A stretch of DNA of 64,000 nucleotides from Eledone cirrhosa (GCA_964016885.1 OZ024741.1:378200001-378264000), one strand, 5' to 3'; shown: positions 13,097 through 27,587, numbered from the stretch's first letter. Notes: a model not told the origin generated them from the sequence alone. Numbers and translations: made by a program.

Positions 13097-13320
13097 GTAT
13101 ATATATATATATATATATACACGTATATATATATATATACATATATATATATACTTGGGGAGGGTTATATTGTTGTAATAATATTGCCAGAATTAATAAC
13201 AGAACACGCTCACTATTTGGTTGGTTTTCGCTTCCTTTGTTTTTATATCAGTTAATTCATTCGGTCCTCAATCTTTACCATTGACTGACCATATATAAAT
13301 ATATATAGAGAGTGAGAGAG

Positions 13321-13679
13321 ATAACATATGAATTGTGGTAAGGAACCAGATGGACCATAACGCACCAGAGTACTTAATACTTAGAGTAGAAGAGTGGAAA
13401 ATAGGAAAAATTATGACCTCGACAGCAGAACTCAAGCCGTTTAGACGACTATTTCTGGACTAAATTAGAATTTTTAGCCTGGTGAATAAATAGCCGAACT
13501 TTTCAAGGGGTACTTCCTTATATGGGAAGATTATAGTTGTCAACTACAATCTTCCCATATAAGGAAGTACCCCCTTGAAAAGTTCGGCTATTTATTCACC
13601 AGGCTAAAAATTCTAATTTAGTCCAGAAATAGCCGTCGAAACGGCTTGAGCTCTGCCGTTGGGGTCATACTTTTTCCTA
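13321..13679. mobile_element. Naiad pseudo-LTR fragment folded into a palindrome (arms 13402-13539 / 13541-13679)
   Basis: Homologous to 30078-30280. Centre tagttg-t-caacta with a 1-nt loop. Confidence 0.85.
13570..13665 (+). ncRNA. hammerhead ribozyme, U3-A8 core variant (mirror copy on minus strand)
   Basis: cccc-TTGAAAA-gttcggctattt...aaatagccgtc-GAAAC ggc ttgagctct gcc GTT-ggggt. Confidence 0.75.
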
Positions 13680-15105
13680 GATAGATATATAGATAGATGG
13701 ATAGATAGGTAATTATATGGATATGCATACACACACACCTATATATATGTATATATAAATTTATATTTGTATATATACATATATATATCTATATAAGAAT
13801 TAAATGTGAAATATTTCTATTCTTATGAAACTATTTAGTTTCAAAATTAGTTTTCAATATCACTTTTTCTTTTGTTATACTTTGATCAGGTTTTGTTTTA
13901 CAGAAATAAGTTGCATCGACATTGGAGATGGGTGAGGTGTGCCTGTTTTATATTAAGATCATTAATACTGCTTTATATTAAAATACCTAATTACCTTGGC
14001 GTGTTGATAATGCATTAATACAATATCTAATGCCGATAATGAACAGATTCATAAATAATAATTAGCTTATTAGCATGTCTTATTTTCAATTTAATTTTCA
14101 TTAATTTCCTTATAACATATTTGAAAAAAAATTCAAATGATTATGAATTTTGCTTTTTTCCTTGTTTTTCTTTAGTTGAAGCGCAATATTTTCTTATTTG
14201 CTTCGTTGTATAGCTTTCACAAAAATATTTTGTATCGAATTATTATAGTTTCGTGAGATGATGGTATGTTATATTGCACGTTAGATCTATTGTAACTAAA
14301 TAGCAAAACAATATAAAAAAGTGAAAAAAATAACAATATGCGAAATTCACTAAGAATGTAAACGTAATAGTAACAGTAACATGAGACAAAACAATATCAT
14401 AATATATTATTTTGAATAATAAAAGTAGAAATATTAAGAGAAATTTAAGCACCAGAAATAATTGATTTCATATAATGCGGTGTATATAAAAGGATCCCTG
14501 CATGTATTCCGGAGACCAACACAAGAAAAAAAAACAACATAATATTGTTCTCAATTTGGATACAGAAATAGGTTCGAAGGATTGACAGAAACGCAGGAGC
14601 GTCGAGCAATATTAAAAAATATTTTGCATAACCAGGACTAAAGTTACATTTCATCAGTGGGATTTCATCCTAATAGAAATCTGAGGTTTTTCAGAGAGAT
14701 AGTGAAAGACAAACTAACGTTGCATGGCGATAACCATAGCAGTTTCATACTCTGAAGTATCTTGTGAGCATATAAAGAGGAGGGTATTTGTGGGTGCAGA
14801 TGCATCACACACCCCTTACAGCGAATAATTTCAGAAGCAACCACCACCAACTAATCCGGCTGGATCACCCAGTAACACCAGCCAAGTTGAAGGCTATTAT
14901 CCACTTACCTTACTCCGGGTCTAATTCTGGTTCTCCATCCGGTTGGTTTTGCCAATAAAATATGTGTAAATTGATTCCTAAGACTTTCTAAGCACATGCC
15001 CATATTATCAGAGCTCTGATCTCTCACAACGGAGATGTAGCGGCTATACATGGAGTGACTCTCTGATATCCGAGCCGGGAACTAACACACAATAATATTT
15101 AATTG

Positions 15106-15256
<151 letters not shown>

Positions 15257-15283
15257 GTATATATATATATATATATATGTATA

Positions 15284-15335
15284 TGGTGCCCCAGCATGGC
15301 CTCAGCCGGATGGCTGATTAGGTAAAAGAGTAAAA
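15284..15335 (+). mobile_element. SINE/LINE 3' tail fragment
   Basis: ggtgccccagcatggcc..agcc..ggctga..gtaaaagagtaaaa stem-loop plus A-rich tail. Confidence 0.4.
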
Positions 15336-15422
15336 TAAGACTCTAGTTGCATTTTCGATTTCATCTCTTTTTCTTTACATATAAATATATATATATATAT
15401 AATATTTATATATATATATATA

Positions 15423-15549
<127 letters not shown>

Positions 15550-15618
15550 AAAAAGAGATGAAATCGAAAATGCAACTGGAGTCTTATTTTTAAAAAAAAT
15601 ATATATATTTATTTGGTT

Positions 15619-15656
15619 CCTTTACCGGTTTCGCAGTTCATCTGCTTTTCAAAAGG
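15619..15656 (-). ncRNA. minimal hammerhead (U3-A8) in the inverted pLTR
   Basis: cctt-TTGAAAA-gcag atgaa ctgc-GAAAC cg GTA-aagg. Confidence 0.85.
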
Positions 15657-18342
15657 TGAGTTGAGATGGAGGGTCTGTGGTTTTTCTCACATCTGGTTGG
15701 TCTCTGAATGTTACTTGTTTTATATGGAAAAAGTGGCTCGAAATGCCAGGTTTTACGAGAAGTAATTTGATTTGGTTGTCAATAATTATAATACATTTCG
15801 CGCCAGTTCGCGTTACAATAGTTCTTCAAATAAGAGGGCGGGTTGTCACAGGTTGTTTTTTTCATATATGAGTGTTTGAATTTCTTTTTACTTGAAAAAA
15901 GGGTCTCACGAAGGCTTTTTTGGGTTGGTTATAAATGAAATTATCGCTGTCACGTGAACAAGTTTTCATTAAATGTTCGTGCCCTTATTTGGAAATCCAT
16001 TCTGCAGCCTTTTTAGAGAATTTTGTGATAAGTGAAAAATAATGGTCAAGAGAAAGGGATGGGAGAATTGTTCTGGTTCAGTGAATATGGTTAGTTCGCT
16101 GGGGTGTCAGATTTCAGATTTTCTATTGAATAAAGTAAGTAAAGATATGTATGTTTATTTGTGTGCTTGTGTGTGTGTGTGTGTATGTGTGTGTTGTGTG
16201 TGTGTGTGTTTGAATTTCTTTACTTAAAAAAATGTGGCTCAGGAAGGCTTTTTTTTAATAAACGTGATTTGATTGGTTATAAATGAAATGTGGCGGTCAC
16301 TTGAACAAGTTTTCATTACATTTTCGCGCCCTTATTTGGAAATCTATTCTGTAGCCTTTATAGAGAATGTTATAATAAGGGAAAGATAGTGGTCAACAGA
16401 AATGGGATTGGGAGAATTGTTCTGTTTCAGTGAATATGGTTAGTTCCCTGGGGTGTCAGAGTTCAGATTTTCTATTGAAGTAAAGATATGTATGTTTATT
16501 TTTGTGCTTGTGTGTGGGTGTGTGTGTGTATGTGTGTGTGTGTATTGGAAGATGATTCTATTAGTAGAAATGGGGGAGGGAGTTGTGTGTGTGTATATAT
16601 AGGTGTTATGTGTGTGTGTGTGAGTATGTTAAGATGGAGAGAATATATATTTTGCGTGTGTGTATATATGTGTGTAGGAAAGTGGTTCTATTAGTAGAAT
16701 GGAGGAGGGAGTTGTGGGTGTGGGGGTTGTTATGTGTGTGTATGGGTGTTATGCGTGTGGGAGTATGGTTAGCATGTTAATATTAAGAGAATATATATAT
16801 ATATATTGTGTGTGTGTGTGTGTAGGAAAATGATTCCTTTAGTAGGAATATTTTTGAATGAACATATTTTCCTTACTTATTCGTATTTGTTCTGTTGTAT
16901 TGTCAGTGCAAACGTATGTTAAGGTTTATTTAGTTCGGGTTTTTATTTTCAAAAGTAGAAGGTGTTATGTGTGTGTGTGTATGTCATATTATGGTGTTGA
17001 CATAATGTATATTAAACCTCACTCTTTGGTCCCACACACTCGACCAACTGAATGATTTCAAAAACTAAATAAACGGCATCAATAACCACATCGAATTCTC
17101 AATGGAATACAGCCAAGATCAACTCCAATTTCTGGACATCTTAATCTTAAAAAAAGACATAAATATCGAAACTGACATACACGACAAACCAACAGATTCC
17201 AAACAATATCTACTATTCAACTCCAACCATCCAAATCACACGAAGACGAACATTCCTTTTAACCTAGCAAGAAGAATTTACACAATTGTCTCCAATTATG
17301 AAACGCGAAATAAAATAATTCAAGAATTAAAGGAAATTCTACTCGAGAGAGAGTAATCAAAAGCAAAAGACAACCAAAATCACCGAAAACATTACTCACC
17401 AATGCCAAATTTCCTACCACAAACCCACAACCAAGTATCAAAAAATATGATCGCTCTAATTGTGGAACCTGCACTCACTTCATTGAAGGCAACTCGTATA
17501 CATTTAAATCAGGACAAAATTTATTTTACTGTAAAAAATCACTTTACTTGCTCATCAAAAAATCTACTTTATGACATTAACTGTAAAGGATGCAATGAAG
17601 ATTATATAGGACAAACTAAACTCACACTCAGAAACATAATGACAGTTCATCGCCAACAATTACGAGATCCAACCACGAGACATATACCTCTAGTGCACAT
17701 CTAGACATTTGCGGAAGTAATAAGACACCCAAATTCCAAGTCTTCCCATTTTACCTTTGCGCTAACAATACAACAGAACAAATACGAATAAATAAGGAAA
17801 ATATGTTTATTCAAAAATATAGACCAGCATTAGATATGGTTTAATATACATTATGTCAACACCATAATATGACATACACACACACACATAACACCTACTT
17901 TAGAAAATAAAAACCCGAACTAAATAAACCTTAACATACGTTTGCACTGACAATACAACAGAACAAATACGAATAAGTAAGGAAAATATGTTCATTCAAA
18001 AATATTCCTACTAAAGAAATCATTTTCCTACACACACACACACACACACAATATATATATATATATTCTCTTCATCTTAACATGCTAACCATACTCCCAC
18101 ACACATAACACCCATACACACACATAACAATCGCCACACCCACAACTCCCTCCCCCATTTCTACTAATAGAACCACTTTCCTACACATATATATACACAC
18201 ACACAAAATATACAATCTCTCCATCTTAACATACTCGCACACACACACATAACACCCATATACACACACACACAACTCCCTCCCGATTTCTACTAATATA
18301 ATCATCTTCCAATACACATACACACACACACACACACACACG

Positions 18343-18427
<85 letters not shown>

Positions 18428-19287
18428 GCACACAAATAATCATACATATCTTTACTTCAATAGAAAATCTGAACTCTGACACCTTAGCGAACTAACCATA
18501 TTTACTGAACCAGAACAATTCTCCCAATCCAATTTCTCTTGACCACTATCTTTACCTTGTCATAACATTCTCTATAAAGGCTACCGAATAGATTTCCAAA
18601 TAAGGGCGCGAAAATGTAATGAAAACTTGTTCACGTGACAGCCAAATTTCATTTATAACCAATCAAATCACGTTTATTAAAAAAAAACAAGCCTTCGTGA
18701 GCCACCTTTTTTTTAAGTAAAGACTTTCAAACACACACACACATACAACACACACACACACGCACACACACACAAGCACACAGATAAACATACATATCTT
18801 TACTCTCTTTATCAATAGAAAATCTGAATTTTGACACCCCAGCGAACTAACCATATTCACTGAACCAGAACAATTCTCCCATCCCGTTCTCTTGACCATT
18901 ATCTTTCACTTATCATAAAATTCTCTAAAAAGGCTACAGAATGGATTTCCAAATAAGGGCACGAAAATTTAATGAAAACTTGTTCACGTGACAAGGATAA
19001 TTACATTTATAACCAACCCCAAAAAAGCCTTCGTGAGCCACTTTTTACAAGTAAAAAGAAATTCAAACACTCATATATGAAAAAAACAACCTGTGACAAC
19101 CCCCCCCCTCTTATTTGAAGAACTATTGTAACGCGAACTGGCGCGACATTTATTATAATTATTGACAAACCAATCAAATTACTTCTCGAAAAACCTGGCA
19201 TTTCGAGCCACTTTTTCCATATAAAACAAGTAACATTCAGAGACCAACCAGATGTGAGAAAAACCACAGACCCTCCATCTCAACTCA

Positions 19288-19325
19288 CCTTTTGAAAAGT
19301 AGAAGAACTGCGAAACCGGTAAAGG
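19288..19325 (+). ncRNA. minimal hammerhead (U3-A8) in the 5' pLTR
   Basis: cctt-TTGAAAA-gtag aagaa ctgc-GAAAC cg GTA-aagg. Confidence 0.85.
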
Positions 19326-19490
19326 AACCAAATAAATATATATATTTAAAAAAAAAATAAGACTCCAGTTGCATTTTCGATTTCATCTCTTTTTCTCTAT
19401 ACTTTCACTCGTGTAGGACACCTCGGTTATTTTTCAATTCGTAAAAAAACCCTCACTTTCTAATATATACCCACCACACGAAGACCGAAT

Positions 19491-20702
19491 ATGCCACCAA
19501 AGTCTCAACAAAACAACAACTCACTGAACCTGGACATCTTAAATGAACTCAAAGAGATTTCCTCTAAACTCTCAATTTTGACCAACAAAGTGGACCAAAT
19601 ACACACCTATAAAAAAGGACCCCACGAAGAAACAGAAAATACCCCAAAGACGAATATTACTCCAGTATTAACTACGCTAATCGAAACCATTGAAACAGCA
19701 ATGCTCCAAAAGCTGGAACCACCGTTAGAACCCAATCTACGAGATGTCCACTCAGTGAAAAACACCCTATTGATTACAACATATGGACTCAAAATCTCAC
19801 AGCCCGCAAATTCGCCCTTTGGAATCTCCGAAAAAATAATGGCAAGGCAGACATATATGAAAAGTGGCTAAACTCTACCCCAATCATCCTCCCCCAAAAA
19901 CTCCAAATAAAACCCATCCCGAATGAACCAGAAAACCAACAAAGACTTAGGGAAAAGATGGCGTTGGAAAAATTTAAAACAGAAATAGAACTGTTGCGAT
20001 TAAGAGCCAACTCCAACGAAGAAAAATTCAAGTCACTCGACCAACAGATGGACACAGAAATCTCAAAGCACTCTGAAGGCATACTCTACAAAAACCCCCT
20101 AAAACATTGGAAAGAAAACTGTGAGGATGAAGAACTAACATCCCTCCAGCGATGGGAAAAAAACGCCACCTGGTTCAACAACTACGAAATGGGCTTCAAA
20201 AATGAACAACATACAGGTAACCCATTTTTAAAACAAACTAAAACTCACACACCACATGCACAACAAATAACAAAAAAAAGTAACAAAACGTCCAATATAC
20301 CCCCATCAAAACTATAACGATAATCCCAGAAACCATAGACAAAACTATAACCCTACTAACAAAAACCAAAGATCCCCGAACACAAGGCAGGACCTGATCC
20401 GCAGTTCACAACCCACACAAAACCTATTCCAAAACCGTAGACCCCTGCCCACACAGAGCCTGTTCCCAAACCTTAGATCCCAACCCACACAAAGGAACAA
20501 AATCTCCAACCAGGACTATCAAGAAACCGAACCTCAATACGTCCGAAACTTCTATACAAGACCACATAACAACAGGGGAAATACCATTAGATATAATAAT
20601 ACCATTGAAAAAACATTCCAGAAAAATCCTTTTTTAGACCAAGGCTACAGGACTCACGAACCCGGTGGCACAAAACAATTTGGAAAAACCGAAAATAATT
20701 AA
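19491..20702 (+). pseudogene. PLE N-terminal/ORF1-like region (helical segment plus N/Q/P/R-rich tail), frameshifted
   Basis: ATG 19491 lies about 30 nt after the pLTR end. Pieces MPPKSQQ.., ..KWLNSTPIILPQKLQIKP..EKFKTEIELLRLR.., ..FQKNPFLDQG are joined by apparent single-base shifts. Confidence 0.65.
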
Positions 20703-22935
20703 CCTTTCAAATACAAACCTCTCAGCCCAACAAGTAAACATTCTCTCCAAAGGACTGAAATTAACACCAACACCACAATACTCTAACCCCAATGAGATAA
20801 ATGACGATATCTCACACTTCTGTAGAAAATTACGTCTCACAGAGGAATTCTTTGACAAGGAGAATAACGACGAATCAATTGTACGGAATAAAAGCAGCTA
20901 CACCCCAACAAAAGGTAGAAACAGAGTTCTGGAGAAATTTTGTGACCACATAGCTACCTTCCCATACCATGAACTACCGCAACCGAAACCCAAACCCAAC
21001 ACGAGTCGAAGGGAATGGGAGATTATCCATGAACTAAAAAACAATACGGACACTATAATTAAGGAAGCGGACAAGGGAAGTACTGTTGTCATTATGGAGG
21101 CTGAAAAAATATAAACATTTTATGTTCTCTCTCTTACAAAATACTAATTACTATGAACGAGTAAAAAACTTCCAGCAATCAAAAATAATCACCAGATTAA
21201 ACACGCTGATTTATCGATACCAGGAAGACCTAACTAAAAAGGAACGCGCTTATTTAACAAATTTCGAATAAAAAACCAGCAACCTTTACGGACTTCCGAA
21301 GATCCACAAGTGTAAAATAATCAACGATGCCTGTAAACAATCCACCTCAGCCTGCGTGAACACACAATACCTCACAGACCTTAAATTAAGACCAATTGTA
21401 GCGGGCCCACAATGTGAAACACACAGACTGAGCAACTTTATAGACATACTACTGAAACCAATTCTGAAACACATACCAAGCCTTGTAAGAGACGATCTGG
21501 ACCTCTTAAACCACCTCCCCAAACATGTCAACAACGACACTATTATTGTGTCTTTCGATGTAGTGAATCTCTACACAACGATCCCATACCAATGCGGACT
21601 GGAAGCAATAGGATTCTGGCTAGAGAAATATACCAATGAGATACCTGACAGAATAGAAAAAAGCTTCATCACCGAGGGATTAAAATTCATCTTACAGAAC
21701 AACTTTTTTGATTTCGATGGCAATACTTACAAGCAAATATCGGGGACTGCGATGGGTACAAAAGCCGCTCCAACTTATGCCAACTTAGTCATGGCATACT
21801 TAGAAGTCCAGATATATGAACTGTCCAAATCAAAATACGGATTGAACTTCCACAAATATTTATCGGAGTATTGGAAACGATACTTGGATGATTGCCTCAT
21901 TATTTGGTCCCACACACTCGACCAATTGAAGGATTTCAAAAACGTAATAAACGGCATCAATAACAACATCCAATTCACAATGGAATACAGCCAAGATCAA
22001 CTCCCATTTCTGGACATCTTAATCTTAAAAAAAGACATAAATATCGAAACTGACATACACTACAAACCAACAGATTCCAAACAATATCTGCTATTCAACT
22101 CCAACCATCGAAAGCACACGAAGACGAACATTACTTTTAACCTAGCAAGAAGAATTTGCACAATTGTCTCCGATTATGAAACGCGAAATAAAAGGCTCCA
22201 AAATTAAAGGAAATTCTACTCGAGAGAGAGTACCTACTATTACTAATAAATAATGGAATAGAAAGGGCTAAAGCAATAGGCATTGATGAATTACGGAAAC
22301 AGAAACAAATTCAAGGTACGTCCAATATGCTATCATATATCTCAACATACAACCCAAGAAATGCGGAAGCTTACAACACTATTCACAAGAACATCCCACT
22401 ACTGAAACAAAACCCAATAATGAAAAAAGCCCTTGAAACACACAAAATAATCAAAAGCAAAAGACAACCAAAATCACTGAAAACATTACTCACCAATGCC
22501 AAATTACCTACCACAAACCCACAACCAAGTATCAAAAAATGTGGTCGCTCTAATTGTGCAGCCTGCACTCACCTCATTGAAGGCAACTCGTATACATTTA
22601 AATCAGGACAAAATTTTACTGTAAAAAATCACTTCACTTGCTCATCAAAAAATCTAGTTTATGCCATTAAATGTAAAGGATGCAATGAAGATTATATAGG
22701 ACAAACTAAACTCACACTCAGAAACATAATGACAGTTCATCGCCAACAATTACGAGATCCAACCACGAGACAGATACCACTAAGTGCACATATAGACATT
22801 TGCGCAAGTAATAAGACAGCCAAATTCTAAGTCTTCCCATTTTACCTGTGTGCTAACAATAAAACAGAACAAATACGAATAAATAAGGAAAATATGTTTA
22901 TTCAAAAATATAGACCAGCATTAAATATGGTTTAA
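20665..22935 (+). pseudogene. PLE reverse transcriptase, Cys linker and GIY-YIG endonuclease, disrupted
   Basis: IINLS..LSKGLK, IIKEADKGSTVV, YGLPKIHK, LRPIVAG, SFDVVNLYTTIP, GTAMGTKAAPTYANL, WKRYLDD, LPFLDI, KCGRSNCAAC, NLVYAIKCKGCNEDYIGQT, H..H. The stop at 22828-22830 is CAA in the tandem copy. Confidence 0.95.
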
Positions 22936-23776
22936 TATACATTATGTCAACACCATAATATGACATACACACACACACACATAACACCTTCTACTTTAGA
23001 AAATAAAAACCCGAACTAAATAAACCTTAACATACGTTTGCACTGACAATACAACAGAACAAATACGAATAAGTAAGGAAAATATGTGCATTCAAAAATA
23101 TTCCTACTAAAGGAATCATTTTCCTACACACATATACACACACGCATTATATATATATATATATTATCTTCATCTTAACATGTTAACCATACTCCCACAC
23201 ACACACACCCATACACACACCTAACAACCCCCACACCCACAACTCCCTCCCCCATTTCTACTAATAGAACCACTTACCTACACACATATATACACACACG
23301 CAACATATATATTCTCTCCATCTTAACATACTCGCACACACACACATAACACCCATATACATACACACACAAATCCCTCCCCCATTTCTACTAATAGAAT
23401 CATCTTCCAATACACACACACACACACACACACACTCACACACACACACACACACACACACACAAGCACACAAATAAACATACATATCTTTACTTCAATA
23501 GAAAATCTGAACTCTGACACCCCAGCGAACTAACCATATTCACTGAACCAGAACAATTCTCCCTATCCCATTTCTCTTGACCACTATCTTTCCCTTGTCA
23601 TAACATTCTCTATAAAGGCTACAGAATAGATTTCCAAATAAGGGCGCGAATGTAATGAAAACTTGTTCACGTGACAGAAACATTTCATTTATAATCAATC
23701 AAATCACGTTTATTAAAAAAAAAGCCTTCGTGAGCCACCTTTTTTTAAGTAAAGCAATTCAAACACACACACACAA

Positions 23777-23815
<39 letters not shown>

Positions 23816-24323
23816 GCACACAAATAAACATACATATCTTTACTTTCTTTATTCAATAGAAAATCTGAATTCTGACACCCCAGCGAACTACCGATATTCA
23901 CTGAACCAGAACCATTCTCCCATCCCTTTCTCTTCACCATTATCTTTTACTTATCATAAAATTCACTAAAAGGGCTACAGAATGGATTTCCAAATAAGGG
24001 CACGAAAATTTAGGAAAACTTGTTCACGTGACAGCCATAATTTCATTTATAACCAACCGAAAACAGCCTTCGTGAGCCCCTTTTTTCAAGTAAAAAGAAA
24101 TTCAAACACTCATATATGAAAAAAACAACCTGTGACAACCCCCCTCTTATTTGAAGAACTATTGCAACGAGAACTGGCGCGAAATTTATTATACTTATTG
24201 ACAAACCAATCAAATTACTTCTCGAAAAACCTGGCATTTCGAGCCACTTTTTCCATATAAAACAAGTAACATTCAGAGACCAACCCGATGTGAGAAAAAC
24301 CACAGACCCTCCATCTCAACTCA

Positions 24324-24361
24324 CCTTTTGAAAAGCAGAAGAACTGCGAAACCGGTAAAGG
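24324..24361 (+). ncRNA. minimal hammerhead (U3-A8) in the 3' pLTR
   Basis: cctt-TTGAAAA-gcag aagaa ctgc-GAAAC cg GTA-aagg. Palindromic stem III ACCGGT. Predicted cleavage after 24357. Confidence 0.88.
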
Positions 24362-24499
24362 AACCAAATAAATATATATATATTTTATTTAAACAAGACT
24401 CCAGTTGCATTTTCGATTTCATCTCTTTTTCTTTATACTTTCACTCGTGTAGGACAGCTCGGTTATTTTTCAATTTGTAAAAAAAACCTCACTTTCTAA

Positions 24500-24572
<73 letters not shown>

Positions 24573-24761
24573 GTGAGGTTTTTTTTACAAACAACTGGGT
24601 TAGTTTGTAAGATCCCGTTAAGGGTGAAAGCAGCGATTCTTTGCTTAAACTTTAATCTGTTATTTTAACAAATATTTGCTCTACGGTTCTTATATATTTG
24701 ATATATATTTATCCTTATCGAGCCCTCTTTGGATTTTAGTCTTCAAACTTATTATTATTAC

Positions 24762-24890
<129 letters not shown>

Positions 24891-24898
24891 ATACATAA

Positions 24899-24928
<30 letters not shown>

Positions 24929-24930
<2 letters not shown>

Positions 24931-25715
24931 CCCGAACCGATGTTTCGGCGCTGAATTCCAGGACATCGGTTTAGTTCGAGTGGCCCGAGGCCTTTTATTA
25001 ATCAAAAGGCGCGGTAGAAAAGGAGAGAGAAAGAGAGGGAAAGGAGGATGAACACGTCGGAAAAGAACAAGGAGAGAGAAAGAAGGGTACAAATAGGGAA
25101 AGTAAGTTGTGGCCAACCTGGGAGACTTTAGCCTGGTGGTCAGCTACGACTCAGAGCTGGTATAATCGTGCTGCCTCTCGCATAGACAGGAGAAAGTGAG
25201 AGAGAGACACAGGCAGCAACCAACAGTGAGGGGAATAGAAAGGGAGATCATCCAGAAGGGATTTTTACGACGGTGGTAAAAACGTGCCGCAAAGATTGCG
25301 GGCAGACAGGCCACCACGGCACGTGTAAACATGTCAACAATCAAAACCGAACAGATGAATAGAGAGTGAAGGAGAGAGAAAAAAAACGAGAGTGAGGAGG
25401 AGACGGGAAGAGAGAAGGGAGGGTCGATGCGAAAGTGTGGAGTGTACACAGATCGACCAAAGCAGGTAGGGTGACCGCGGTAAATACAAAAAGTTATGAA
25501 ACGAAATGAGCTGTGTGGTTACTAAAAACAAGGTTTATGCTGACGGTTAGGGTGGAACAGGATGAGAAAGGAAGAAAAAATTGTCCATCGTCAGCTGTAA
25601 ATGTATCCCGAACTGATGTTTCGGCGCTGAATTACAGGACATCGATGTAGTTCGGGTGCGCCCGAGGCCTCTTATTAATCAAAAGGCCAGGTGGAAAAGG
25701 AGAGAGATAGAGAGA
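24929..25715. repeat. non-coding element with about 105 bp terminal direct repeats (period about 676 nt) inside (TA)n
   Basis: atcccgaaccgatgtttcggcgctgaatt...gaaaaggagagaga at 24929 and 25605. Confidence 0.8.
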
Positions 25716-25723
25716 AAAAAACG

Positions 25724-25817
<94 letters not shown>

Positions 25818-26377
25818 TTGTTGTATGCCTCAGCTCAGGGGAAATCGCCTGTTTTATATAATCTGTTCCAAACTATAACATATTCTTTAGCAAAGGAATC
25901 AATTTTATGTCAAGCAGTAATATTTGGTAACCAAAAATGTAGTAACATGAGAGAGTATTAAACAGAATATTAAATAGAAAAAGTTTAATGTCAAAGCAAA
26001 ACCAAAAGCTTCTCATGTTAATGTTATATCCGAAAAGAACGTATGAATGAATTACTTTTACCTTTCATCGACAGCAATATGATTAGCCTGTGCATTTATA
26101 ATTAAAAGGCACTGTATTAAAGTGCATAGGGTTCATCGAGAACACCTGTCTAAGAATCACTGAACGGCTAAAGTCGGTGTGGTGAATATATTGACCTAAA
26201 TAAGCATATTGCTCCCTGTGACTTCTCTTTGTAAAATAGAACTCTAATACGAAAAGAAATAGCAAAAGCTACGAAGGGAAATCTAGACATGAAAGTTCTC
26301 TGATCCTGAAAAAATCGTAACAGGATTTTCTCGATGCCACCTGCATAAATCATCAAGATAAAATAGTGAAGACTAAA

Positions 26378-26556
26378 TAATTGTTTCTCCCTTTGGCACA
26401 AGGCCAGCAATTGCCCAGTACATTACTCGTTCTTTATTTTATCGACCCCGTAAGGATAAAAGGCAAAGTTAACCTCGGCGGGATTTGAACTCAGATCGTA
26501 ATGGGACGTAACTATACTGGAAAGTATGGCGTCCGACTCTCTCACTATACTGCCAA
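26378..26556 (-). mobile_element. tRNA-derived SINE
   Basis: Reverse complement of the 12672 SINE. Confidence 0.85.
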
Positions 26557-26799
26557 AATGAAGGCATATTTGCAGCATATATGTCTCCACAAATTCTTTG
26601 AAAACTACATGATCTATGACAGGCGATATATCTGATGTCTTGGGGTAAGAAGCTATGTATCATAAGTACTCTTCCCAATTGGTTTTCGTTTCGTGTTGTT
26701 ACGATGAAAGAAAAGACAAATTATAGGAACCTCAACACCGAAGCAAAATTATGCAAAGAGGTTGCAAAAAAGCTTAAGGTCTACCGATTTAGCAGAACC

Positions 26800-27370
26800 A
26801 CACATCGACCGGAAAGACAGGTCTCTCGGAATGGCTAAATTTATCCAATGAAATGGCGCCAATATTGAGAAGTAGTCGGATGAACAAAGCAGCAGGGTTT
26901 GATAAAAGTCCGCCAGCTAAATATCTACATGCCTGCTTTACACGTTACTCTTATGTGTGTTCCGGTTCTATGTTGTGGTTTTCTCTAAACATAAGTACCT
27001 GACAGAGAATATCAAATCGATAGCTTTTTTAAACAGTGTTCACGATTTTGACACGGTTCCTCTCCAACTATAGCAATTATCATTGCAACTGTAAAATGAG
27101 AAACGAAATATTCTCTGATTAGTCGCATATGAAGGCAACATACATTTAATCTCAACTGATTTCGGCTGCTATGGTTCGGAAACTGATTTGCCTTAGACGG
27201 GGTGTTTCTGAATTAGAAAATATCTATCATCATGAAGAAAATCGACCAGTGAAACCTGTTGGAAATCTTCGGAGGAGCCGGTTTAATAAAGACTTCAAAA
27301 GGTAACAAATTACAAGAGGGGATCATGATCAGGCCGATAGTAAAAAGCCCACTTCTGAGTAACAGATGAC
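26800..27370 (+). pseudogene. highly decayed LINE RT relic
   Basis: EMAPILRSSRMNKAAGFD (KAxGxD-like), followed by weak NYRPIS-like and GxxQGDxxSP-like traces. Confidence 0.35.
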
Positions 27371-27467
27371 ATCACATCATTACTGGACGAGAAAATCGCT
27401 AAAAAAACCCTGAAAAGAACCAATGATTCTAAGCGCACACACCCACACACAATATATATATACACAC

Positions 27468-27504
<37 letters not shown>

Positions 27505-27531
27505 TATCTATCTATCTATCTGTGTACCCCC

Positions 27532-27585
<54 letters not shown>

Positions 27586-27587
<2 letters not shown>

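Noticed and set aside
25549-25600. Minus-strand CTGACGA as a hammerhead core
   Set aside because: No matching GAAA/NUH; the motif is part of a simple hairpin.
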